From Clostridia bacterium (GTDB taxonomy: Bacteria > Bacillota > Clostridia > Christensenellales > UBA1242), in the NCBI GenBank assembly GCA_017537515.1, contig JAFYKO010000082.1, positions 1 through 45,175 on the forward strand: DNA of 45,175 nt, in the 5' to 3' direction. Below the pieces are notes generated by a model. That model saw nothing but the letters and a program-made list of their open reading frames with translations. It was not told the DNA's origin and did no database searches. Below are positions 34,506 to 43,291 of the stretch, piece after piece. The number at the start of each line of letters is the position of its first letter. Position 1 is the stretch's first letter. The position numbers were made by a program, and so were the translations under genes.

Positions 34506-34905
34506 AATTTATCTTCAAAACCTTTGCAAGTTTTTCAAAATCTGAGTTTTGTTTTTCTTTGTTTGGGAAAACTGAAAACGGGTCGCCCGCACGTCTTGGG
34601 ATAATGTGTATATGAAGGTGGAAAACGCTTTGCTCTGCACAAACTCCATTTGCGTTTAAGATATTCACACCATCAAAAAAACATTTTTCAGTGTAGTGTT
34701 TTGCAACCTTCTGCACTGTTTGAAAAACTGCGTTTATTGTTTCCTCGTCAGCGTCAAAAAGGTTTGTGCAATGTTTTTTTGGTATGACAAGTGTATGCCC
34801 CAAAAAGTCGTCGGCAATATCCAAAAATGCAAGTGTTTTTTCATCCTCATAAATCTTGTGTGCAGGGATTTCCCCGTTTATTATTTTACAAAAAATACAG
34901 TCCAT
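34504..34905 (-). CDS. HIT-family nucleotide hydrolase/transferase
   Basis: Histidine triad HLHIHIIPR. N-terminal CIFCKII. Confidence 0.9.
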   Translation of the reverse strand: MDCIFCKIINGEIPAHKIYEDEKTLAFLDIADDFLGHTLVIPKKHCTNLFDADEETINAVFQTVQKVAKHYTEKCFFDGVNILNANGVCAEQSVFHLHIHIIPRRAGDPFSVFPNKEKQNSDFEKLAKVLKIN

Positions 34906-34937
34906 AATATATTTTTCCGCTTTTTTGCGGTCTCCTT

Positions 34938-35624
34938 TTAATTTGCTTTTTCTAAACTATCCTTATCCAATATCGCGGGCAAAATTGTTTTGATGTTGTC
35001 AATATCTACATATGCTTCGTGCCAAATTGTTTTGTTGTTCGGGTCGGTGTCCTCGGGATTTACGCAGATGGTTTTTGCACCGGTTGTAAACACCCATTCA
35101 TCGTTGGAACCATTGCCGACAAAAACCGCATCTTTGGGGCTGATTTTGTTTGCGTTGATGTAGTTTTGAATATAGACCGCTTTGCCTTTATAGTCATACT
35201 CAGTTGCGTAAATCTTGTCAAGAGTGCCATCCTCTGTGAAAAAGACTTCGTTTGCTGTGATTTTTTCAACAAATTTAAGTGCGTCGCCAAGTGCAAGACG
35301 AATTATTTCAGTTATGCCACCGCTTACAATTTGAATACGCCAGCCATTTGCTCGCAAGGTTTCAAATGCTTCATAAACCCCGCCAATAAGCTTTGTATTT
35401 CTCGCAACTTCTTCAAAATCGCTTCTCAAGAAGTTGTATTTTTTTAGTTTGGCAATAGTAAGCTCGCACCATTCTTTATAGTCTATTTCTTCGTTTATGA
35501 ACATTTGATAAAGTTCGCCCGTAACTTCCGCACCGTTACGCCTTAAAATTCCATTGATGTTTATCCACGTAGGCAAGCAGTCTTTTGTAAGCGTGCCGTC
35601 AAAATCAAAAAATACTGTTTTCAT
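34938..35624 (-). CDS. HAD-IB family phosphatase (phosphoserine-phosphatase-like)
   Basis: FFDFDGTLT motif I, VSGG motif II, GNGSNDE motif IV. Confidence 0.8.
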   Translation of the reverse strand: MKTVFFDFDGTLTKDCLPTWININGILRRNGAEVTGELYQMFINEEIDYKEWCELTIAKLKKYNFLRSDFEEVARNTKLIGGVYEAFETLRANGWRIQIVSGGITEIIRLALGDALKFVEKITANEVFFTEDGTLDKIYATEYDYKGKAVYIQNYINANKISPKDAVFVGNGSNDEWVFTTGAKTICVNPEDTDPNNKTIWHEAYVDIDNIKTILPAILDKDSLEKAN

Positions 35625-35643
35625 AAGTCTGTTCCTTTTGTGT

Positions 35644-36891
35644 TTATTCTGCGTCCTCTATAAAATCCAAAAATGTTGTGTCGCTGTCCGAGTCGGTTAT
35701 TGTTGAGACGTTTTTGAGTTTTCTTTCAATTGTGCGGGATTTTTTTGTTGCGAATTCTATTGTGTTTGACGCCTCTGCGAGTTTCTTTTGAGTTTTTGCC
35801 AACAAGTCAACAAACTTGCCAAACTCTTGTTTAAACACTCCAAGAAGTTGATAAATCTCACTGCTACGTTTTTCAATAGAAAGTGTCTTAAAACCAAGTT
35901 GGAGGCTGTTGAGAAGTGCTGTTATAGTTGTCGGCCCGCAGACAATAACCTTGAATTCTCGTTGCAAGGATTCTGAAAGCCCCGTCCTTCTCAACACTTC
36001 GGCATAAAGCCCTTCGGTTGCGAGATACATTATTGCAAAGTCTGTTGTCTTTGGAAGTGAGATGTATTTTTCTTTAATGCTTTTTGCGTCTTCTTTTATG
36101 CGTCTTTCAAGTTTTTTGAGTGCGTTTTCCACATCGTCCTGGTCGCCCCTTTCACTTGCATCAACAACTCTTTGATAGTCCTCAATCGGGAATTTTGCAT
36201 CAATTGGAAGATAAACATTTTCTTCGTCTTTTCCCGGAAGAATAACTGCGAAATCCACTCTTTCCCCGTTGCCTTTTATATCGACTTGTTCACTGAATTG
36301 CTCATTTGCAAGCATTTGTTGTAAAATGTTTCCGAGTTGCACTTCGCCCCACGTTCCTCTGGCTTTGACGTTTGTAAGCACTCTTTTTAAGTCCCCAACG
36401 CCGTTTGCAAGTGTTTTCATCTCGCCAAGTCCCTCATAAACAGACTGCAATCGTTGGTTTATGACATTAAAACTTTCCGTCAATCTTCTTTCAAGTGATA
36501 CGTTGAGTTTTTCGTCGACCGTTTGACGCATTTCATCAAGTTTGCGTTCGTTGTCTTGTTGGAGCTTTGTAAGCCCTTGCGAAAGAACATCTGTTGCACG
36601 ATTAAGTTTTTCGTCGTTTGTACGAAGGATGTTTTCAAGGCGTGTTTGTATGTGTGAAAACTCTTGCTTTTGCAAATAATTTTGCTGGGCGATTGTGTTT
36701 AGGACTGTTTCGTTGTAGGCCTTAATGTTGTCCATTTGCATTTTTGACAAGCGTTCGTTGAGTTCGTTTTGACGCTTAAAATGTGCCTCCGTTTGAACCT
36801 CTTGCCCGCCTTTTGTCTTTTTGAAAAGTATAATAAAATTGGTTATTAAGACAAGTGCAAGAAGGGCAATAATTATGATTTCAAAAGTCAT
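35644..36891 (-). CDS. rmuC: DNA recombination protein RmuC
   Basis: N-terminal TM, long coiled coil, and a C-terminal RmuC nuclease-like core (RGTWGE...DAKFP...FAIMYL). Confidence 0.85.
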   Translation of the reverse strand: MTFEIIIIALLALVLITNFIILFKKTKGGQEVQTEAHFKRQNELNERLSKMQMDNIKAYNETVLNTIAQQNYLQKQEFSHIQTRLENILRTNDEKLNRATDVLSQGLTKLQQDNERKLDEMRQTVDEKLNVSLERRLTESFNVINQRLQSVYEGLGEMKTLANGVGDLKRVLTNVKARGTWGEVQLGNILQQMLANEQFSEQVDIKGNGERVDFAVILPGKDEENVYLPIDAKFPIEDYQRVVDASERGDQDDVENALKKLERRIKEDAKSIKEKYISLPKTTDFAIMYLATEGLYAEVLRRTGLSESLQREFKVIVCGPTTITALLNSLQLGFKTLSIEKRSSEIYQLLGVFKQEFGKFVDLLAKTQKKLAEASNTIEFATKKSRTIERKLKNVSTITDSDSDTTFLDFIEDAE

Positions 36892-36952
36892 TTTTTCTCC
36901 TTTAAAAAATTATGATAAATTTTAAAAAAACTTTATTTGTGGGATTTTTCTT

Positions 36953-38206
36953 TTATTTGTGAGTGAGTGTATTTTTCTTTATCTCGGCAATAAGTGTTTC
37001 TTTTTCGTTTTGAATTTCGCCGTCAAAAACCTTCTCCAAAAGCTCATACAACACTGCGTTGTATTTCTTTTCTGGAATATCCGGACATTCACGTTTGATA
37101 TCGTTGCCGTTGATTTCAAGTTCTTTGAGTGAAATTGGAAGCTGGTGTTTAATTATGTAAGATTGGAAGAATTTGTATTTTGAATAAAGTTTCTTGGATT
37201 TTGCAATCAAGAGTTGGCCTATTCTGTCGAAATAGTTGAAGTATTTGAAGAAATAATGCTTGTTGTTCATTTTGTTTAGTGCGTCATAATATCCGCAAAT
37301 AATATGGTTTGTGAGAGTTATAAATGACGTTGGCTGATTGAATCCGTTTTTACCGAGTAGGTCTTTTATGAAATACTCAATGCAATCTGGGTTTATGGTG
37401 TCAATGATATCAATCAAAAGGCCATAGAGTGCGTTTTCCACATCAAGCTTTTTGACCATTTTAAGCCTTACTCTGCTTGCTGGAACGTGAAAATACTGCC
37501 AAATTCTTAGGTCGTTAAAATAAGATAAACCTTGCACGTTGGCGTCTTTTTGGGATACTGGATAACGCTTTGGAGATGTGAGAATTGAGATAAGTTCACT
37601 GAACTTTCTGTAAGGCGAAATATCCGCAAGAAGGCTTGTATTTTTCTTTGCTGTTGTAAATGTGGCATAGTCTATCTTGAAATTTAATTCGCTGGCTTGA
37701 CGAACCATTCTGAGGATTCTCACGCCGTCGTGGGCGAGAACATAGCCCGGAACTTCGACTGTTCTTATCACGCCGTTTTTGAGGTCGAGAAGTCCAGAAT
37801 AGACATCAATTATTTTCTCCGTTAAGATTTCATAATACAGTGCATTGACTGTAAAATCCCGTCGCATTGCGTCTTCTCGAAGGTCGTCCACATAGTCCAC
37901 ACTTGCAACGTTATGCATCCCGCCTGAATAATAATTGTCTTTTCTGAATGTTGTGTGCTCATAGACTTCATCACCGCATTTTATCTTGACTGCTCCAAGC
38001 TCTGGAAATTTTTCAACAACTTCAAACTTTGTGTTTTTGAGTATGGAAGAAATTTTTTCTGGAGAAAGGCGGCTTGCAATGTCGATATCCGTCGCACTGA
38101 AACCAAGAAGCGAGTTTCTCACATACCCGCCAACAACAAACAACTGCCCGTATTTTGCGAACCTTTCAGCAAGTTCACGAAGGTTTTCACTAACTTTTAT
38201 TTTCAT
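36953..38206 (-). CDS. cca: CCA-adding tRNA nucleotidyltransferase / poly(A) polymerase-family protein
   Basis: Head-domain motif GGYVRNSLLG...DIDI, plus RRDFTVNALYY. Confidence 0.8.
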   Translation of the reverse strand: MKIKVSENLRELAERFAKYGQLFVVGGYVRNSLLGFSATDIDIASRLSPEKISSILKNTKFEVVEKFPELGAVKIKCGDEVYEHTTFRKDNYYSGGMHNVASVDYVDDLREDAMRRDFTVNALYYEILTEKIIDVYSGLLDLKNGVIRTVEVPGYVLAHDGVRILRMVRQASELNFKIDYATFTTAKKNTSLLADISPYRKFSELISILTSPKRYPVSQKDANVQGLSYFNDLRIWQYFHVPASRVRLKMVKKLDVENALYGLLIDIIDTINPDCIEYFIKDLLGKNGFNQPTSFITLTNHIICGYYDALNKMNNKHYFFKYFNYFDRIGQLLIAKSKKLYSKYKFFQSYIIKHQLPISLKELEINGNDIKRECPDIPEKKYNAVLYELLEKVFDGEIQNEKETLIAEIKKNTLTHK

Positions 38207-38212
38207 AATTAT

Positions 38213-38241
38213 ATAATAGCATTATTTTTTGATTTAGGCAA
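38213..38241 (-). promoter_or_regulatory. Promoter abutting the cca ATG (TTGCCT - 17 - TGcTATTAT - 6 nt - ATG); leaderless-type
   Basis: Minus strand: TTGCCT (38236-38241), 17-nt spacer ending TGc, TATTAT (38213-38218), ataatt, ATG 38206. No SD. Confidence 0.5.
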
Positions 38242-38294
38242 TTAATTTTGGTTTTTTATAAAAAAAGTTTTTTTAGAAGTGTTGAAAGGGAAAA

Positions 38295-38354
38295 GCGGGT
38301 CGGGCGGGCATGCAGGGCGACGCAGTCGCCCGCAGGATGCCCACGCCGACCCGC
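38295..38354 (-). terminator. GC-rich three-tier palindromic element B (60 nt, 48/60 G+C), probable spoIIE terminator
   Basis: Pairings: GCGGGTCGG/CCGACCCGC, GGGCAT/ATGCCC, GGGCGAC-gca-GTCGCCC. On the minus strand the stem is followed directly by TTTTCCCTTTC. Confidence 0.55.
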
Positions 38355-38449
38355 GTCCCTCCTCTAACACTTTTAAAACCCCTTTAAAAACCTCAAAAGC
38401 CTCCTTATCAAAAACAAACCCAGTGCAATAAAAATAAAAGTAACTAAAA

Positions 38450-40747
38450 TCACATTCCACCTCCACTTGTGCTAAATATTTTTGCAACAATAACTGTCAT
38501 ATCATCCTTTGCCCCGCCCGAAAGATGTAGGGCTTTTTCTATGAGGCTCTCTGCAAGTGTTTGAGGGTTGAGGCTTGTTTGGTTGTTGAGAAAGTCCGCC
38601 AACGCATCTTCGCTTTGGAAACTATCACTTATGCCATCGGTAAACATAAAAATAAAATCCCCATTTGAAATAACTTTTTTGACTATCATCGGCGAAACTT
38701 CTTGCACAATTCCAAGAGGCAACGCCCCGCCCGAAACCTCTTCCATTCTCTCTTTGTGTTTCAGAAAGCTTTGCGGAGCCCCCATTTTGATAAAATCGCA
38801 AACGCCAAGCCTTGTATCAATAACGCAGACATCGAGAGCAGAAAAAATCTCATCTCGGTTGAGGCTGAGAAGTTTGTTTATGCTTGAAAGAATAATATCG
38901 TTGTCAAATCCCGCCTTATAAAAGTTTTCCACAAGCCCAATCGCAAGACTGCTTGTCTTTTCCGCCTTCTCTCCGCTTCCCATTCCGTCGCAGAGTGCAA
39001 GCAGAAATTTATCCTCGGAGATTCGGATTATTGAATAACAATCTCCACTGACTCGGCTTGTAGCTTTTGGGCAACTCGCCGTCCCAAACACCGCATCAAA
39101 CCTCGGTGCAGTTTTCATAGTAATCACATTCCACCCCGCAATTTTTGAAGATTCAACGGAAACAACCGCCATTTCGTGCTTACACACATCACTTACGACC
39201 TCCACAATCTTTTGTTTTTCTGAATCGTTTTTTCTGACAATCAGCGTTGCACTCACAACATCGGCATTCTGCTCATAAACCACAACATCACTGCAAACGA
39301 TGTTGTTGTAAGAGAGTTCAGAAATAATTGCCTCCTCTCTTCCGCAGTCAAAAGAGACGTTGCGTTTAACCTCACCCGCAAGGTCTTTCATTATCTTTGA
39401 CACTCCCGAAAGTTGTTCGGCAATAAGCACTCGGCTTGCGTCGATATTGCTTAAAACTCCCGCATAATTTCTGTATTGCAGGCATAATTGGTTGACCGTT
39501 GCGACGATACTTGACACCCTACTGCATCGAGTTGTCAAGAATGGCGGAACTTCCAACAGCGAGGTTTTCCCACGCTCCAAGGCACTGTTTATGAGATTGT
39601 CAAAAACTGAATATGTTTCCTCCACGCACTGTCTGTGGCAGGTGTGTCGCTCTGGGCAACTTGCACAAATCTTTTCCCGCACCTCGCCCGCAAGAAAGTT
39701 TTTCACCTCGCCTTTTGTCATTCCGCTTTTTATCATCGACCTGAACACATAATCCATCTCGCCAAACACTTCGCCAAGTTCGAGAAGTCTTTTGCATAAA
39801 CTTTCACGACTTCGATTGACAACATTTCGCATTGCCATTGTCGAGGATGAAAGGTTGCAAAAGTTCCTTATCTTTTCGAGAAGTTTTTTAGGCAAGGCAA
39901 CATAGGCTATTGCACTTATCACAACAGGCAAGAGGCTGTGGAGACCATAAACTCCGTAGAGGTTGAGATAAAATCCCAAAACTATTTCCACGCCTATGAT
40001 TGCAACAGCCCTAAACACTCTCTTTTGTGTCCTAAAACAACTTACAACCAACGCCCAAATGACAAGTGGGGCAAGGCTTAAGGCACTTGCAGATGCAAGC
40101 ATATCGCCTAGTCCCATAACGCACGACACAAGGAGAGTTGTTGACATATTGAAAACACTTGAAGAGATAAGGACAACAAAACTTGCAAAGAGTTTGAAAA
40201 CACTTAATCCAAATATTTCTAGGTTTGAAAGCCCGCAAAACAAAGCACATAGAATGCTTAGGGCGGAGATTATTTCAACTAGGTTGAGTTTATACAAAAG
40301 CCCCCGAACAAGCAAAATTGAGAGTATTTCTTTTCCGGCTAGGCAAAAGATTATGCTTGCAATGAGTGAGAGCAGGGGCAAGAAAATCTCGGCGTTTATG
40401 AAGTATTCCGCAAGCACGCCCCCAAGGCCCGACACAAACGCATACACGCAAAAAAGTGGGAGATTGATTGGCTTTTCAAGTTTGGAGTGCAAGGCAAAAA
40501 TAAGAGAACTGGCAACGACTGCAACCAGGCTGGAAATTATGGTTATATCATTAAAATCTGCAAGAAGGCTTGCGGTTATGTAAAGCGGGGCAAGAAAATA
40601 AAACTTCTGCCCGCTCCAAATTAGGGCAAAATACAGCCCAAACGCAAAAGGCGAAAACGTGTTTCCAATTTTTGCACAAGACAGTGTGAACAAAAGAAAA
40701 AAGAAAAATATGTATTTGAGAACTGATAAAACTTTTGCTTGTTGCAT
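38450..40747 (-). CDS. spoIIE: Stage II sporulation protein E (SpoIIE), polytopic PP2C phosphatase
   Basis: About 10 N-terminal TM helices, a central regulatory region, and a C-terminal PP2C domain (GDCYSI...CDGMGSG...DGISD). Confidence 0.9.
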   Translation of the reverse strand: MQQAKVLSVLKYIFFFFLLFTLSCAKIGNTFSPFAFGLYFALIWSGQKFYFLAPLYITASLLADFNDITIISSLVAVVASSLIFALHSKLEKPINLPLFCVYAFVSGLGGVLAEYFINAEIFLPLLSLIASIIFCLAGKEILSILLVRGLLYKLNLVEIISALSILCALFCGLSNLEIFGLSVFKLFASFVVLISSSVFNMSTTLLVSCVMGLGDMLASASALSLAPLVIWALVVSCFRTQKRVFRAVAIIGVEIVLGFYLNLYGVYGLHSLLPVVISAIAYVALPKKLLEKIRNFCNLSSSTMAMRNVVNRSRESLCKRLLELGEVFGEMDYVFRSMIKSGMTKGEVKNFLAGEVREKICASCPERHTCHRQCVEETYSVFDNLINSALERGKTSLLEVPPFLTTRCSRVSSIVATVNQLCLQYRNYAGVLSNIDASRVLIAEQLSGVSKIMKDLAGEVKRNVSFDCGREEAIISELSYNNIVCSDVVVYEQNADVVSATLIVRKNDSEKQKIVEVVSDVCKHEMAVVSVESSKIAGWNVITMKTAPRFDAVFGTASCPKATSRVSGDCYSIIRISEDKFLLALCDGMGSGEKAEKTSSLAIGLVENFYKAGFDNDIILSSINKLLSLNRDEIFSALDVCVIDTRLGVCDFIKMGAPQSFLKHKERMEEVSGGALPLGIVQEVSPMIVKKVISNGDFIFMFTDGISDSFQSEDALADFLNNQTSLNPQTLAESLIEKALHLSGGAKDDMTVIVAKIFSTSGGGM

Positions 40748-40794
40748 TTTTGCTCCTTTTGTCTTAATAATAAATCAAAAAAAGGAGTTTTTAC

Positions 40795-40834
40795 AACAAA
40801 AAAAGAACGTGTTTATTTGTAGAAATAACACGTT
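40795..40834 (-). terminator. Intrinsic terminator upstream of spoIIE (ends the 40853-41689 gene)
   Basis: Minus strand: ACGTGTTATTT-cta-c-AAATAAACACGT (one bulge) followed by TCTTTTTTTGTT. Confidence 0.5.
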
Positions 40835-40852
40835 TTTAGAGGTTTTTTTGTC

Positions 40853-41689
40853 TTATTTGCTTTTTGGATATTGTCTTGTTTCGATTGCGTCATCACGCTT
40901 AAAATGTATTGCACCCACACGACTGACGTTGTAGATATCCAAAGCGTGGAAAAGCGACATTGCAACGCTTGTTACTGCAACAAGCAAAACAACAAGGGTT
41001 GTGATAAATGTCCAAGTTATTTTTGCTCCAAAAACAATGGCAAGGACCAGCGTAAGGACAAAAACAAAGGCGTAGATTCCCGACTTAATTAGGGGTTTTT
41101 TGTAGCTGTTTTTTGGAAACTTGGTTTTCTTTATGTCCATTTCGACGTATCTGACGTTGAGTGCAAGCCATCTGTTAAGTTTGGACATAAGATTTACATT
41201 CGTATTCCTAAGAAGCGTTTGGGCTTGGGAAGAAAAATACTGAATTCCAATATCTCCTTCATAATGTCTGAAATTGAAAAACGTTTTGCAAAGAGAGTTT
41301 CCAATATCTGAAAAGAACTTTTTGATTCCCTTTTTTTCGCCTCGTTTTTTAAGCATAACAACATCATAGCCCTGCATTGCCTCGGTGAGTATTGCATCGA
41401 CTGTGTTTTCAGAAAAGTTTTTTGTGTTGTTTCGGACAAGAAGTAAGCTATCTGCGGGCATATTTTTGACAGAGTATTCAATCATTGTCTCTTCGCTTGT
41501 GCCGACTGAAAATATATCCAGACTTATTGGGAAAGCAAATCTCTTTCTTTTTGAAAACTCTTCAACGATTGGGTGATTCTTTTCGCAAGCAATTTTAAGC
41601 GAAAAATCTTTTGCAATCGTGTTTTTTAGAGTTGTTTCAATTTCTTTTATTGTCGTATTTTTGTCTGTGATTGAAAAAAATATAATCAT
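40853..41689 (-). CDS. Membrane protein of unknown function (cytoplasmic domain faintly GT-A-like, two C-terminal TM helices)
   Basis: 278 aa. SD is GAAGAGG. C-terminal TMs are IYAFVFVLTLVLAIVFGA and FITTLVVLLVAVTSVAMSLF. No DxD motif seen. Confidence 0.6.
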   Translation of the reverse strand: MIIFFSITDKNTTIKEIETTLKNTIAKDFSLKIACEKNHPIVEEFSKRKRFAFPISLDIFSVGTSEETMIEYSVKNMPADSLLLVRNNTKNFSENTVDAILTEAMQGYDVVMLKKRGEKKGIKKFFSDIGNSLCKTFFNFRHYEGDIGIQYFSSQAQTLLRNTNVNLMSKLNRWLALNVRYVEMDIKKTKFPKNSYKKPLIKSGIYAFVFVLTLVLAIVFGAKITWTFITTLVVLLVAVTSVAMSLFHALDIYNVSRVGAIHFKRDDAIETRQYPKSK

Positions 41690-41721
41690 TTCTTAAACCT
41701 CTTCAATTTTCTCCTACGGGG

Positions 41722-41810
41722 GGGGGCGGGCGGTAAAGTGCGAAAGCACTTTACAGCACGTCGCCTTGCGACGTGCCGCTGCGTTTTTCAAAACGCATTC
41801 GCCCGCCCCC
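41722..41810. other. GC-rich four-way-junction element C (89 nt): 10-bp G/C closing stem enclosing three hairpins
   Basis: Closing stem: GGGGGCGGGC (41722-41731) pairs with GCCCGCCCCC (41801-41810). Inside: TAAAGTGC-gaaa-GCACTTTA, CACGTCGC-ctt-GCGACGTG, GCGTTT-ttca-AAACGC. Preceded by a G9 run (41718-41726) and followed by T6 on the plus strand. Confidence 0.7.
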
Positions 41811-41827
41811 GTTTTTTCGTAATGCAG

Positions 41828-42250
41828 TTATTCGCTGAACTTCTTAATACGATTCAAGTGCCTGCCTTTTTCGAAATCGGTTGTAAGAAAAACTTTTATC
41901 ATTCCAACCGCCTTACGTTTCGAAAGCTTGCCCGAAAGCACAAGCACATTTGCGTCGTTGTGTCGTCTTGCGAGGCTTGCTTGTTGCTTGTCTTTGCAGA
42001 GGCCCGCACGAATTTTTGGGTTTCGGTTTGCAACCATACTCATCCCAATACCCGTTCCGCATATAAAAATGCCAACATTTTGAGGGTTTTCGAGGACTCT
42101 TGCACATCCGCTAACTGCATAGTCCGGATAGTCCACTCTATCTTTTGAGTAGCACCCAACATCGATTGTTGTAATGTTTTCTGCGTTGAAAAACTCCTTT
42201 ATTTTTTCTTTAAGTTCATAACCATTGTGGTCGCACGCTAAAATTATCAT
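41828..42250 (-). CDS. rpiB: Ribose-5-phosphate isomerase B
   Basis: MIILACDHNGYELK ... ICGTGIGMSMVANR, RpiB/LacAB signature. Confidence 0.9.
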   Translation of the reverse strand: MIILACDHNGYELKEKIKEFFNAENITTIDVGCYSKDRVDYPDYAVSGCARVLENPQNVGIFICGTGIGMSMVANRNPKIRAGLCKDKQQASLARRHNDANVLVLSGKLSKRKAVGMIKVFLTTDFEKGRHLNRIKKFSE

Positions 42251-42315
42251 AACATACTCCTTTTATTAGATTAATAGCATAATTTAATATCATTTGCAAG
42301 CCTTTTTTAAGGTTT

Positions 42316-43260
42316 TCACTCCAAATTTTTTGCAATTTTTTCAATCTTTTTGAATTTGTGATAAATCGCACTTTTTGTCATAGGCGTGAGAGAGAGTTTT
42401 AGAAGCTCGTCCAAACTTTCCTCGGGGTTTGCAATTCTAAGCAGTGCAACTTCTTGGAGGTCTTCGGGCAGTTGGTCGAGGCCTATGCGGTCGCTGATTG
42501 TGTTGATTGCATGCCTTTGACTTATGCTTGCTTCAACCACTTTTGAAATATTGGCATTCACGCAGTTGACTTCACGATTTATCTTATTTCTAAGTTCTCT
42601 AAGCGTCAACTCGTCTTGAAGTTTTATCACGCTTTCGTGTGCGTCAAGAATTGCGAGAAGGTCGCAGACTTGCGAGGATTCTTTTATATAAATAACATAA
42701 TGGTTTTTGCGTTTAACGCCCCTTGGAGTTAGGTCAAAATGTGCAAGAACCTCGGCTGTTATTTGCAAAAGGTCGTGAGATTTTGAAACAAATTCCATAT
42801 CATAACCCGTTGTAGTTCTGCCGGGGTCGTCGAGGCGAATACCACTTGTTCCGCATCCCAAAAACATACCTTTGAGAAAGGCACGCCGACACTGGTCGCA
42901 CTCAAATATACTTTCGTCAATGGTGTTAATATCAAACTCTCCCGTTGGCTGAATAAGTCTAAAATCGGTCAACATTTGATGGGTGTAGGCTGGTGGAAGA
43001 ACGACTTTATAATAACTCGTCTTGTGAATTTTGTAGCCGGTTGAATTTTCAAGTTCGGCTTCGGTGCGATAAAGCGATTTGAACAGTTCGTTTGCAAACT
43101 CATAAGTTTTTTCAACGTCAGTTGTAAACGACATTTTTTGCGTCTTTTCGTCATACTCCCCGCAAGCACGCAGAAGCCCGCTGAAAAAAGCAAACCTACA
43201 ACAATTTTCTGTGATTGGGACGTTCAAAATCTGTCCTTTAACATCTTTTGCAAAGCTCAT
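42316..43260 (-). CDS. whiA: DNA-binding protein WhiA
   Basis: Degenerate LAGLIDADG-type N-domains (FLKGMFLGCG) and a C-terminal HTH (SKSAIYHKFKKI). Confidence 0.9.
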   Translation of the reverse strand: MSFAKDVKGQILNVPITENCCRFAFFSGLLRACGEYDEKTQKMSFTTDVEKTYEFANELFKSLYRTEAELENSTGYKIHKTSYYKVVLPPAYTHQMLTDFRLIQPTGEFDINTIDESIFECDQCRRAFLKGMFLGCGTSGIRLDDPGRTTTGYDMEFVSKSHDLLQITAEVLAHFDLTPRGVKRKNHYVIYIKESSQVCDLLAILDAHESVIKLQDELTLRELRNKINREVNCVNANISKVVEASISQRHAINTISDRIGLDQLPEDLQEVALLRIANPEESLDELLKLSLTPMTKSAIYHKFKKIEKIAKNLE

Positions 43261-43291
43261 TTTTTCTCCTTGTTGTCTTTTTGTATTTTTT

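Noticed and set aside
38242-38490. 82-aa minus-strand ORF across element B
   Set aside because: It starts inside the spoIIE 3' end and reads through the GC palindrome (RGSAWASCGRLRRPACPP) and the cca promoter, so it is an artefact of GC richness.
41722-41810. Cloverleaf-like fold considered as a tRNA or tmRNA-like gene
   Set aside because: Stem lengths (10/8/8/6 bp) and 3-4-nt loops are incompatible with tRNA. There is no 7-nt anticodon loop, no T-loop GTTCRA, and no D-loop.
41738-42148. 136-aa plus-strand ORF starting (GTG) inside element C
   Set aside because: It is antisense to rpiB over most of its length, and its N-terminus is the Arg/Cys-rich read-through of the palindromes. rpiB on the other strand has unambiguous family motifs.
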